A DNA stretch of 54,784 bases, the filler included, from Jimgerdemannia flammicorona (Eukaryota), in NCBI GenBank assembly GCA_003990765.1. It is 3 parts of 3 records of this genome, joined end to end, with 100 filler letters (N's around TTAATTAATTAA, not from the genome) between each part and the next. Parts side by side here need not be neighbours in the genome. Positions count along the whole stretch, not along the records: positions 1 to 18,196 come from RBNJ01002266.1; 2 more parts are not named here. The stretch is one strand, 5' to 3'. Position 1 is the stretch's first letter, and each line of letters starts with the position of its first letter. The notes under the pieces are model-generated. The model searched no databases and was not told the origin of the DNA. It saw only the letters and a program-made list of their open reading frames with translations. The position numbers were made by a program, and so were the translations under genes. Positions 1 through 9,898 of the stretch are shown piece after piece.

Positions 1-70
<70 letters not shown>
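1..70. repeat. poly(A) homopolymer
   Basis: 70 consecutive A at the window start; either a contig end or a retroelement tail. Confidence 0.9.
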
Positions 71-73
<3 letters not shown>

Positions 74-639
74 ACCAATCACCCCTATGAATTCAACTAT
101 TAGCACAATGTATAAAACTACCTTTGTGACATGATTCCACACCCAGCTATCACCAGGTTTTGTTTTTATTTTTATTCTCGTACTCATTGGTGATAACGAA
201 CTAGTGGAGATATCTGATATATCCTCTGATATATCCTCTGATATATCATCTGATGGTTCTGAGATTTCTCCTAAATGTACTTCTTGATCTTTAGACATTT
301 TGAATGTTTGATGATGGCAGAGACTGGGAGCTTGAGTGGGAGGCCGAGAGCTGGAAAGTGGCTAGGAAGTGACTAGGAAGTGGTGAGCTAGGGAGTGGCG
401 AACTGGGAAATAAGCTGGGGGAGCAGTGAACTAGGGGGCAGGGAGTTGTGGGGAGGCGGCGAGCGGCAAGCGGTGGGAAAAACCAGGAACTGTGGGGGGC
501 AGTGAGAGGGAGAGCAGCAAGGTGGCATGCAATAGCCAATGATCGATTGTAGACAGAGGATGGATGAATAAATATGCACAGATAGTAAACTAGTACCCAT
601 CACACAACTGTAAACAGCAAACAGCAAACATACTTTGGA

Positions 640-1047
640 GATTCAGCATGTTCTGCATTGAGCAAGGTTTGTAATGATGTTTGAGCAAGATTTGTGGTAC
701 GTTTGAGCGAGATTTGTAGTAAGGTTCGAGCAAGATTTGCAAGCGAGATTTGCAAGTGAGATTTGCATGTAAGATTAAAGTGAGATTTGCATAAGCCAGG
801 CTTTGCAAGCCTTGCGCTTGTAAGCCTGGGCTCAGTCACAAGCTGATATGACATGTATATAAGCTGATATCATGTGATATCAGCTATTGGCTGAGCTTGC
901 AAGCATAAGGCTTGCAAATCTCACTCGAACCTCACTACAAATCTCGCTCAAACGTACTACAAACCTCGCTCAAACGTACCACAAACCTTGCTCAAACATC
1001 GTTGCAAACCTTGCTCAATCGGGGCTTATGCAGAACCTGCTGAATCA
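640..1047. repeat. Long imperfect inverted repeat (hairpin 1) around the near-palindrome AGCTGATATCATGTGATATCAGCT (862-885)
   Basis: Left arm ...gagcaagatttgtggtacgtttgagcgagatttgtagt... pairs with right arm ...actacaaatctcgctcaaacgtac...caaaccttgctc. Confidence 0.8.
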
Positions 1048-1290
1048 TGCAGAGAGGAGTGGAATGCAGTGAGGAAAGCTCCAGATTGCAAGCATAAGCA
1101 TAAGCATAAGCATAAGCATAAGCTTTCCTCTGCTCAGTCTGACAAGCTGATAATAAGCTGATATCACGTGATATCAGCTATCAGCTGAGTGGAGCAAAGC
1201 TTGCACTTGCACTTATGCTTACACTTATGCTTGCAATCTAGAGCTTTCCTCACTGTATTCTACTCCTCTTGCATTCCACTCCTCTTGCAC
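1048..1290. repeat. Long imperfect inverted repeat (hairpin 2) around the perfect 24-bp palindrome AGCTGATATCACGTGATATCAGCT (1156-1179)
   Basis: gaggagtggaatgcagtgaggaaagctccagattgcaagcataagc pairs with cttatgcttgcaatctagagctttcctcactg...gcattccactcctc; the left arm includes an (AGCATA)n microsatellite. Confidence 0.85.
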
Positions 1291-1363
1291 AACTCTCACA
1301 TATTCCTCCACCTCCCTCACCCTCATTCCTCAGATTGCAAACAACATGCAATTTAGAAATGGG

Positions 1364-1650
1364 TTTCGAAAGAGATTTCAAAGAGATTCCGAAAGAGATT
1401 TCAAAGAGATTTGGAAAGAGCTTCTGAAAGAGATTTCAGAGAGATTCCGAAAGAGCTTCTGAAAGATGTTATAGCTTTTGAACATTTAAGATATCGAAAG
1501 CTTACTTTTGCCTCTTGTTCTTTTTGCCTCGTCCTTCGCTTTGCCTCATCCTTCACTTCGCCTTGTCCTTTGCTTTGCCTCGTCCTTTGCTTCGCCTCAT
1601 CCTTCGCTTCATCTCGTCCTTTGCTTCACCTCATTCTTCACTTCGCCTCA
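1364..1650. repeat. Two minisatellites: (GAAAGAGATTTC)-like and (CCTTCGCTTCGCCTCRT)-like
   Basis: Degenerate tandem units visible at about 1364-1466 and 1522-1650. Confidence 0.75.
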
Positions 1651-1774
1651 CTTAATTCACTGCTATGTTGAGAAAACGTGGATATGACTGCCTGGCCAAT
1701 AAGTATTTACTTGGCCCCCCCCAAGCTCGACGCACTTCAGCTCACCATCCCAAAGCTTGGTGCCCTAAAGATGC

Positions 1775-1915
1775 CCAGCTTGCCAACACCCAGCCTGCCG
1801 AGCTTGCCGACACCCAGCCTGCTGAGCTTGCCGACACCCAGGTTGCCAAGCTTGCCGACTCCCAGCTCGCTGACCCTCAGCTCCCCGCTCTCCAGCTTGA
1901 CCGCCAGCTTGCCGC
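1775..1915. repeat. 24-bp-unit minisatellite (CAGCTTGCCGACACCCAGCCTGCC-like)
   Basis: Tandem units translate as QPAELADT repeats. Confidence 0.75.
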
Positions 1916-2514
1916 CGGTCCGCAAGCACAAGGTCCCCCACCAGATCCCAATAATGCAGCTCGAAAAAGTTAGTTTTTTTTTTTTTTTTTTTTTTTCTTT
2001 TTAAATCAATGTCTGAATTTTTTTCCTAATAACATTCGAAATATACATATCCTCCAGCTTCTAAGCCTGGGCCAGAGTGCAAATATTGCTACAATTGCCA
2101 TTTTTGCCATCAAGTTTGCCCAAACACCACCTGGAAGCATTACCAAATTAATTTCCCGGATGCCCCAAACCTCACAGAGAAAAGGCCTTACAAATTGGAC
2201 ATTAGGTGTGCTTTCGCTGCAGCCAACAAATGCATTAAGAAAGTACATGATGACCAACTGAGGCAAGAAGTCATAAGAGCAATAGAAAACTGTGTGAAAA
2301 TTGTGGAACATTCGTCATACCACACTGGCTTCAAGGTAAATGCCAAAGTATAGAACAAGTGAGGTTGTCCAGATGGAATTGTCGTTATGGATGAATACGA
2401 AAAACTGCTGGCTATATTTGAACGAGTACCAGTGAAGAATGATAAAATGCTTTATATGTGACTGATGGATGGCAGGCTTGTGCATTTTGTTGAGGGGGGT
2501 AGTAGTGGAGGAGA

Positions 2515-2885
2515 TGGAGAGGTGGGAGAGGTCGGTGCTGGTGGAGGAGTCGGCGCTGGTGGAGAGGTCAGTGGAGAGGTTGGTGCGGGGGTGGTTGGCG
2601 CGGGGGAGGTCAGCGTGGGGGAGGTCGGCATGGGGGAGGTCGGCATGGGGGAGGTCGGCGTGAGGGAGGTTGGCATGGAGGAGGTTGGCACGGAGGAACA
2701 TAGGGAGATCAGCGCAGGGGAGGTCGGTGCAGAGGAACATGGGGAGGTTGGCATGGGGGAGGTTGGCGCAGAGGAACATGGGGAGGTCGGTGTGGAGGAA
2801 CACGGGGAGGTCAGCGTGGAGGAACATGGGGAGGTCGGCGCAGAGGATGAAATGGAGGTTGGCACGGAGGAGGTCGGCCCAGAGG
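2515..2885. repeat. 15/24-bp GGGGAGGTCGGCRY minisatellite
   Basis: Tandem units encode GEVGM/GEVGAEEH repeats. Confidence 0.8.
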
Positions 2886-3204
2886 AGGATATGGAGGAGG
2901 AGGATATAGAGGAAAGTGGTTTGGAATATATGGAGGAAGATGGTTCAGAATATGAGAAGGAGGAGGATCAGTTGGTTTATAGCGATGAAGAGGAGGATCA
3001 GTTGGTTTATAGCGATGAAGAGTAAGATCTGTTCACACCAGTAAGTTCTTTATTTTCCTGATTTACTTCCTATTTATTTCTGATTTCATTTTGATTTCTG
3101 ATTCCTAATTATGTTTCTGTATGTTTATTCTAAATATATATCTTAGATGTGCAATATATTTTTTTTGGTGCCTTGTAGCTTAAAGGCGGATTAAAGACAG
3201 ATCT

Positions 3205-3593
3205 GTGTCGGGTTAAATATGGGTCAGGGTCAGGTCACATATATTTCTCAGGTCAGGTCACATATATTTCTCAGGTCAGGTCACATATGTTTCTTGGGTC
3301 AGGTCACGTATATTTCTTGGGTTGGGTTAAAGATGGGTTACATATAATTCTGGGTCAGGTTAAAGATGGGTGACATATATTTCCAGGTTGGGTTAAAGAT
3401 GGGTGACATATAATTCTGGGTTGGGTTAAAGATGAGTGATATATTATTCCGGGTCAGGTTAAAGACAATGTGTTATTCCAGGTCAGGTTAAAGACGGGTG
3501 ATGTATAATTCCGGGTCGGGTTAAAGACAGGTGATGTATAATTCCAGGTCGGATTAAATATATACACGGGTCGGCTTGGGTTATGATGCACTA
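3205..3593. repeat. Tandem 22/33-bp repeats (GGGTYRGGTTAAAGAYGGGTGA...) ending in a TAGTG-type terminus; possible DNA transposon end
   Basis: About 12 degenerate units. The block ends ...tgatgcacta at 3593 (reverse complement TAGTGCATCA), exactly where LINE RT homology stops. Confidence 0.5.
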
Positions 3594-5384
3594 CCCCTGT
3601 CACCCAGGCACTCTCAATTACTCCATGAACCCAGGCTGTCCCATCTCGAATCAACCGACCACTGACAAACCCATGCTGCTCCACACCAAGCACCTGCTGA
3701 GCAATACCTTGTAGCCTCATCACCAAGATCTTTGTCACCAGTTTGCAGTCCATGTCCAGCAGCATAATTGGTTGCCAGTTCTTCTAGTCCTCTCACCTCC
3801 CCTTATTCTTATATAGCAAGGAGACTAGCCCTAATCTCTGTCCCCCAATCCAAGCACCAGACTGAAGAACCCCATCACACATTACAGTCATTTCCTCTAG
3901 CACCTCGCCCACCCCAGCCATCTTCTGCCAAAAATCCCAGGGAAGTCCATCCTCTCCTGGGGCTGTCCTCTTACTCATCGAGACCAAGACTCTGCAAATT
4001 TCCTCACCCCTCACTGAGTCCCCCAATGTCCCAAGTCCCATTGCAGGATCTGGGTGCCAATCCCCTAACTGTCATTTAATGTCCAGAGCATCTATACCAC
4101 CCTTCTCCTCACTCCATAAATTCTCTCACCAGGTTTGCAATAGACCCAAAATCACCAGAGTCCCCACCACCAGCTCATCATTCTCATCCAAAACTCCCTC
4201 CCACTGCTGTTTCATCTGTCGGACCTGTAATAACTATAACAAAAACCTCATCAGCCTCTCCCCCTCTTCAAGCCCCTGCCACCATAGTCGAGCCACCATT
4301 CCCTGCAACTTAACCTCCTCCTCCCTTTGCAACACTCCTTTAAGCTCCTCCACCTCCTGCCGGATTCTAGCAATATGCCAATCAGACACTTCCCCATCCT
4401 CCAGCATACCTGCCCATCTCTTCATGAGTGCAGCTAGATGCCACAAGGCCCACAGTACCCTCTGCCTATACTGAGCACCCTTTCCTTTTCCAGTCTCCCT
4501 CCAGAACCCCTGAGTATTCGCCTTCAGTCTTCTCCAGCGGTCCTCAATCCCAAGGCCTCGTTCCTGCCACCTATGGATATTTCCCACCATCTCTATTTTC
4601 CAACCTTCCCACAGCTCCCTGTCCTCCAACAATGAAGAATTTAGCTGCCAATGTCCAGGCCCATCCTCCTTTCCCCCAAACCTCCCCCCTCTAAGCAGCC
4701 CCTAGTGATCAGACCATGGATACCATATAACTTCCAGCACCGACCAGACATCCTCTCCCCAACACTCCGCTGTCAGAACCCAGTCAATCCTGGAGCCCTG
4801 CCCTGCTGCCCAGTGTGTGTACACCCATCGCTCAGCCCAAAAACGCCTTCCTGAGTCCACTAAAGAACACAACCTCTCTGCCTCCAACCAGTCGCCCAAC
4901 CACCACTTTCACCCTGCATACCTCTCCCACCATCTGTCCTATCCATCACCTTATCCCATACTATGTTGAAGTCACCTCCCATACAGTCCAGCCCAACTTC
5001 TTCCAGTATACCAGCCCCCTTCAATCTGCAAATCCAATCCACCCTCTCCCCTCTCTCAGCTAGACAGTAACAAGACCCAACCGTCAAAGATCCCTATCCA
5101 GGTCTCTTCCACATTCCCCACACCACTCTAGACCCCCAATGTCCAATATCCTCAATGTCCCCCATCCCCTTCCAAATAAGAATACCCACTTTCCCCCTCC
5201 ATACAGCCGTACCCCCCTATTCTTTAGTCCAATCCTGTAAGTCCACATCCACCTCATAATGAATATCTTGTAACAAGAAAAGGTCTGCATCCAGCCCCTT
5301 AAGCCATTCAAATATATGCTTCCTCCTAGCCACCCCCCTTAACTCATTAATGTTCAATGAGAATATCTTAGTTATACTGTTCAT
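3594..5384 (-). pseudogene. LINE ORF2 relic (APE endonuclease plus RT N-terminus)
   Basis: Canonical APE motifs (GDFN, RIDxxL, SDH) and RT domain 0-2 motifs. Confidence 0.85.
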
Positions 5385-5413
5385 ATTGAAAATATTGCAA
5401 TTGAGACCCCAAC

Positions 5414-7331
5414 CTAGAATTCCATGCTCATCTCATCTCCAGCTAGATCCAAGCACCATTCAGCTTCTAAGTCACCCTCCACAATAGTCTGATCCTCCAG
5501 AGCCCCCAAGATTTCCTGACATTCCACCCTGTCCACTTCCTCTATATCTGACTGGTAATCCAAGCAAACTGCATGCCACTTCTCCAGTCCCTTCCTCGTG
5601 TTTCACAAGAAAAGTGCCTGGTCACTCACCATCTTCCTAAGTTCCTCCTCTCACTAATCATCAACCTGATACTCAACCGACTCCAAGAGGACAGCCAGGA
5701 TCTCATTCCTCATCTTCTTTGGCACCTCCTCTCCCCGAAGGATCTCCTCTCAATACCTCTCTTCCATCACCCTGAAATCCTCACCCCCCAGTTCTTCAGC
5801 CACAACCCCTTCCAGGGTCTTCCACATCTACTTCTCCTCATCCACTGCCTCTGCCGCACCCTGAGCAATTCGTCCCCCATCTACCTTGGGGTCTATCAGC
5901 ACACTCCATCTCACTGACTCATCCCACTCCTCGTCCAACACATCTAGCAGCTCCTCCTCCCCCTCAGCTCCACCCGAGACACTATACTGAGGGTACACAC
6001 CCTCACCCATTTTGATATCCGCCTCCAAATCACCCTCCCTTTCCACCTCCACTCCTATCTGTATCTCACTCTGGGCCAATTTTCCTCCCTCAGCCCAGGT
6101 GCTCCCCCGCAACCCTGCACCTCCCTCCCCTGAGCTACTACCAGCCCTATCCCCACCCAACTTCGCCAGCAGCTCCTTCTGGATTCTCCTCCCCTGCAAT
6201 TTCTCCCAGGCCCCCCTTCTCTATCTGGATCCTCTTCACATCCACCTCCCCCACCACCATTCTTGCCTCAAACTCCTCCCAGGCCAATCTCCTCCTTGCA
6301 ACTACCCCTTCCAGATCCTCCAGGGCCTCTAACAGGTCCTCTTCCTCCTCCTAGGTCCCCTTCACCCTTGTGACTTTACACTCCACTGGTCCCCACCTCA
6401 GCATTGCTGGCCAGTCCCTCGACTTCCCCGTATTCTCCTTCCCAGCCAGCCTCACCCTGACATTGATGTCACCAGTCCTAAGCTCCATGCCCTCCCAGAC
6501 CTTAAATCTGACATCTACAATCTCTCTATACTCCTTGATCGCCTCCACCACCAACTCCCTGGTCCTCTCCTTTGACATGGTAGGGAGATCCAGCACCATC
6601 AATTGCACCACTTGGGGGTCCCAGCATATGCACCGAGCCATAGGGACCATAACCCCACCAACTATCACCCCCTTCTCCATGGCTGCCAACAGAGTATCTT
6701 TCTCCTTGAACCCTACCTCAACCCCTTCTTTTCCCCTCAAAAACTTCACTGATGCAGCCCCCTTAGCCTCCTGTGCCACCAGCCCCAAAATCATCCTTGC
6801 TGTCACTGCCAAGCCCCGGAAGCACATCATGACTGTGAATTCTGACCTTGACTTCTTGAGTAACGGGGCTGACACTATGCCCGTCACTCCATCTGCCAGG
6901 TCCCCAGGCCTTGTGCCCACTCCCAGTCCCGAATTACCAACCACCATTATATCTGGATTTTTTGCCAGATCCCCAGTCACAGCCTCATCAATCATCATAT
7001 CTCCAGCCCCTACTCCTGCTCCTCCCCTGCCACCAGAGACTCCCCTGGGTACACCTCCCTATCCCCCAGCAGCAGCTGTCGATGCCTTCCCCAAGCCCAG
7101 CCAACCATCCAGACCAAAGTCCATCTTCCCCATTCTGACCTTGTCAGCAAAGGTCGACCTCTCCCCACCTCTCTGCCGCAGCCTGCCCCTCCCTCTACCA
7201 CCAGGACCTCAGCTAGCCATCGAGGCCCCTGGCATCCCCAAACCATCTCCCCTCCGCCTGACCTGCTACCAGCCAAAGGTGCCAGCACCCCCCTGGTCAG
7301 TACACTCATCAGTTCGATCATTGCCATCCAT
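5414..7331 (-). pseudogene. LINE ORF1 relic
   Basis: ATG 7331 is in frame with the ORF-track piece 6351-6998. It continues after a frameshift through 5828-6199 to TAG 5416-5414, just before ORF2. Confidence 0.65.
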
Positions 7332-7463
7332 ATTGATAGTCGCTGTACACCAAAAACATTGTAAAAAGTGTTGTCTGAGTCTTGTGTCACCAGAATGTTA
7401 CCAGTGAAAGATGTCTTCCAGAACTATATAACAGTTACCCTAAAAAGCAACTCTCTTACAACT

Positions 7464-7477
7464 TGGTAGCAGTGGTT
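7464..7477 (+). promoter_or_regulatory. Primer-binding site, probably tRNA-iMet
   Basis: TGGTAGCAGTGGTT 3 nt after the LTR end; copy 2 has TGGTAGCAGCAGTT at 43638. Confidence 0.75.
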
Positions 7478-9487
7478 TACAATCTAATTCCACTTCAAGA
7501 CACTTCCTCACCCTGCTACAAACTCTTTTGAGAATTCCTACAAGTTGGTATAAAGACCAACCTCTGAACTGGAATTTATCCTGAACCATCTGACAATCTG
7601 GAGAGAATTGAACCTAATGTACAAGAACAATTTGACCTCCACACCTGTAACAAGTAGGACAAACTTCATTCAAAGAAAGAAATATTCTAGTTAAATTAGC
7701 AAATAGGTGAAACCCTATTCACCGAACTCCTTGCACTACACCAAGCAAGTCAAGATGAAGAAGGTCTTATTGAAGCCTTCTTTACTCTCCTCAACAAGAG
7801 TTTTGTCAGCTCCACAAATCTGAGTGACCTAGGACAACCAGCAGCAGTCTTTCTAGCCATAGTTCCTCATGAAGCCCAAGCCTCTGTAGCCAAGTGGCTC
7901 AACTCTACTGACTTTCACCATACCAGGACTAAGACTGCATTATACTACTAATTCCAGAACAGTAAGGCCCACCATATTCTTAAAGAAGAAGTAAGAGAAA
8001 GCCTTCATCAACTACCTGACCCCGAATCTGAAGCAGGCTCTGCTACAGCCCTATCTGAATCAGAAACCAATACTGAACCTGAACTTGACTTTGAATTAAG
8101 TCCATCTGAAATCAGATATACAACTGATTCTATCTACTTTGATACCAAGCAAACCCAATTACATAGGGACCAAACTGAAGAGAAGGAGGAGTATCTTAGT
8201 GAATTTGATCCCGGATATATCACTGAAGGAGAGGCACCTCCATCAGGACAGAATACACCTATACAGTAACAAACAGCTATCTATCAAGCTCTTACTCCAG
8301 ACCCACAACTACTACTCCAGCAACTTATACAGATCCAAAGAACCCTATCACACTCTGCACCAGTACCTCAAGTAGTACCAGTAACACCACTACCAGCAGT
8401 CCAACCACCTCCAGTAAACAATATGGTGAATCAACAGATTCTAGACCTCACAGCCCAGGTAGCCATAATGGTAGCAACCATTACTGCCTTAGCTGAACAG
8501 ACCTGACCTACCAAAAATCTGAGCCTACCTACCTTCAATGGTACTGTACAAGAAGTCCAAAGCTTCATTAGTATAGTTGACACTAACTTCAAAGCCAATC
8601 AATGGACTAATGAGTAAGTTGCTGACTGTGTTCTGACAAACAATCAAGACCATACTCTGGAACAACTCTTTGCTACTACTACAGCCTATGTCCACTGAGT
8701 TGTTACATTCTTCCAAGGATCTGCCAAAGAATGGTGGCAAACCCTTCCTGAAAAACCCCTCACATGGGATACCCAACCTGCAGTAGTTGCTCAGAATATA
8801 GCAAACAATACCCCAAGATATAGAGCCTATCCTGTAGCCTCTAGACTCAAACAACTCATGATTGCTCAATACCGCAGCAAAACTATAATCACTGAATTCC
8901 GAGTAAAACTCTGCAACCTCAAATTTGATGTACATAGCAAAGAAGAATTTGAAACCTTCTGTACAAAACTCGAGTCACTCCTGAACACTGTTGGCCTAGG
9001 ATATATTATCAATAATGAAGTACAAAATGATACAAGAGCAGACCATTTATTCAATGCACTGTCTGAATGGCTTACTAGAAAAATCTGAGAACAAGGCCAC
9101 CCAGTTAGTTGTGATCACCAACAATGGTGCCTGGCAAGAACCAAGACTATGGTCAAGCAAATTCTAACAGCTGGACCAATTCTGCCCCGAAGACAATTCA
9201 ACAATAAGAAAAAGACTTAGACCAAGAAAGAAGAACCCAAGTATGAAGCATCCCAAGCTCCCTCTACATCCATCTCTTGGACACCTAGAAATCATGAATC
9301 CATCCAGCCAAGTATCTTCAAGAAACTCACTGAAGGTGAAAGAAATGAACTTCGAAGAAGCAGAGCATGCTTCTATTGCCAAAAGACAGGACATATGGCT
9401 AGCACCTGCCCTAACCAAAAACCCCAAACAGCAATATGAGCAACTATTACCACTCTGCACTACCTCAACAACCTGACCACCAGAACA

Positions 9488-9898
9488 CTGGACTTTGTCA
9501 AGTTAAGACAAACTGCTAAGGCCCCAACCAAAGGAAGTCAAAAAGCAGCTGGATATAACCTGTATGCAGCCGAAGAAGCTATAATTTCCAACTGAGAAGT
9601 CAAACAAGTCTATATAGGAATCAGTATCCAAATCCCTAAAGGACATATTGGAAGAATATACTATTGTAGCAGCCTAGCATTAAAAGGACTCTCAGTAGAA
9701 GGAGGAGTCATTGATGAAGACTATACAGGCAAAGTCATTGTTCTCATCCAAAACCACAGTTGGACACCCTTCAAGATCCCTATTGGTTTCTGTATCACCC
9801 AGATCCTATTCAAAAAAATTGAGTCAACTCTAACAGTCAAGGAAGTCCCTGAACTACTACCTACTATCCAAGGATCCAAAGGATTTGGCTCATCAAAC
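9488..9898 (+). pseudogene. dUTPase domain inside the retroelement polyprotein
   Basis: PTKGSQKAAGYNLYA (motif I; AGYDL in copy 2), GRIYYCSSLALKG (II), GGVIDEDYTGKV (III), CITQILF (IV), QGSKGFGSS (V). Confidence 0.92.

Larger units (their letters stand above)
1665..3025 (+). pseudogene. Degenerate spliced ORF of unknown function (Cys cluster plus Gly/Glu-rich acidic tail), probably TE-derived
   Basis: ORF 1665-1968 joins through GTTAGT...CCTCCAG (1969-2057) in phase to a frame running 2058-3025: CKYCYNCHFCHQVCP ... GEVG repeats ... DEEEDQLVYSDEE. There are three internal TAG/TGA stops. Confidence 0.45.
3594..7410 (-). mobile_element. Degenerate L1/Tx1-like non-LTR retrotransposon, truncated within RT
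   Basis: ORF1 about 7331-5414 (TFADKVR motif, Gly/Arg-rich). ORF2 from ATG 5384: MNSITKIFSLNINELRG, GGDFN, SRIDWVL, WSDH (APE endonuclease), then APGEDG and NWQPIMLLDMDCKLVTKIL...QHGFVSGR (RT N-terminus). Many stops. Confidence 0.88.

Noticed and set aside
3205..3560. CRISPR-like or telomeric array
   Set aside because: The units are contiguous degenerate repeats without unique spacers, are not TTAGGG arrays, and lie in a eukaryotic context with no cas genes.
6370..7407. 345-aa plus-strand Ser/Pro/Thr-rich ORF
   Set aside because: Antisense shadow of the G-rich LINE ORF1.
9436..9438. Programmed gag stop/readthrough after the zinc knuckle
   Set aside because: TGA in copy 1 and TAA in copy 2 are equally explained by decay of an ancestral CGA; this cannot be resolved without more copies.
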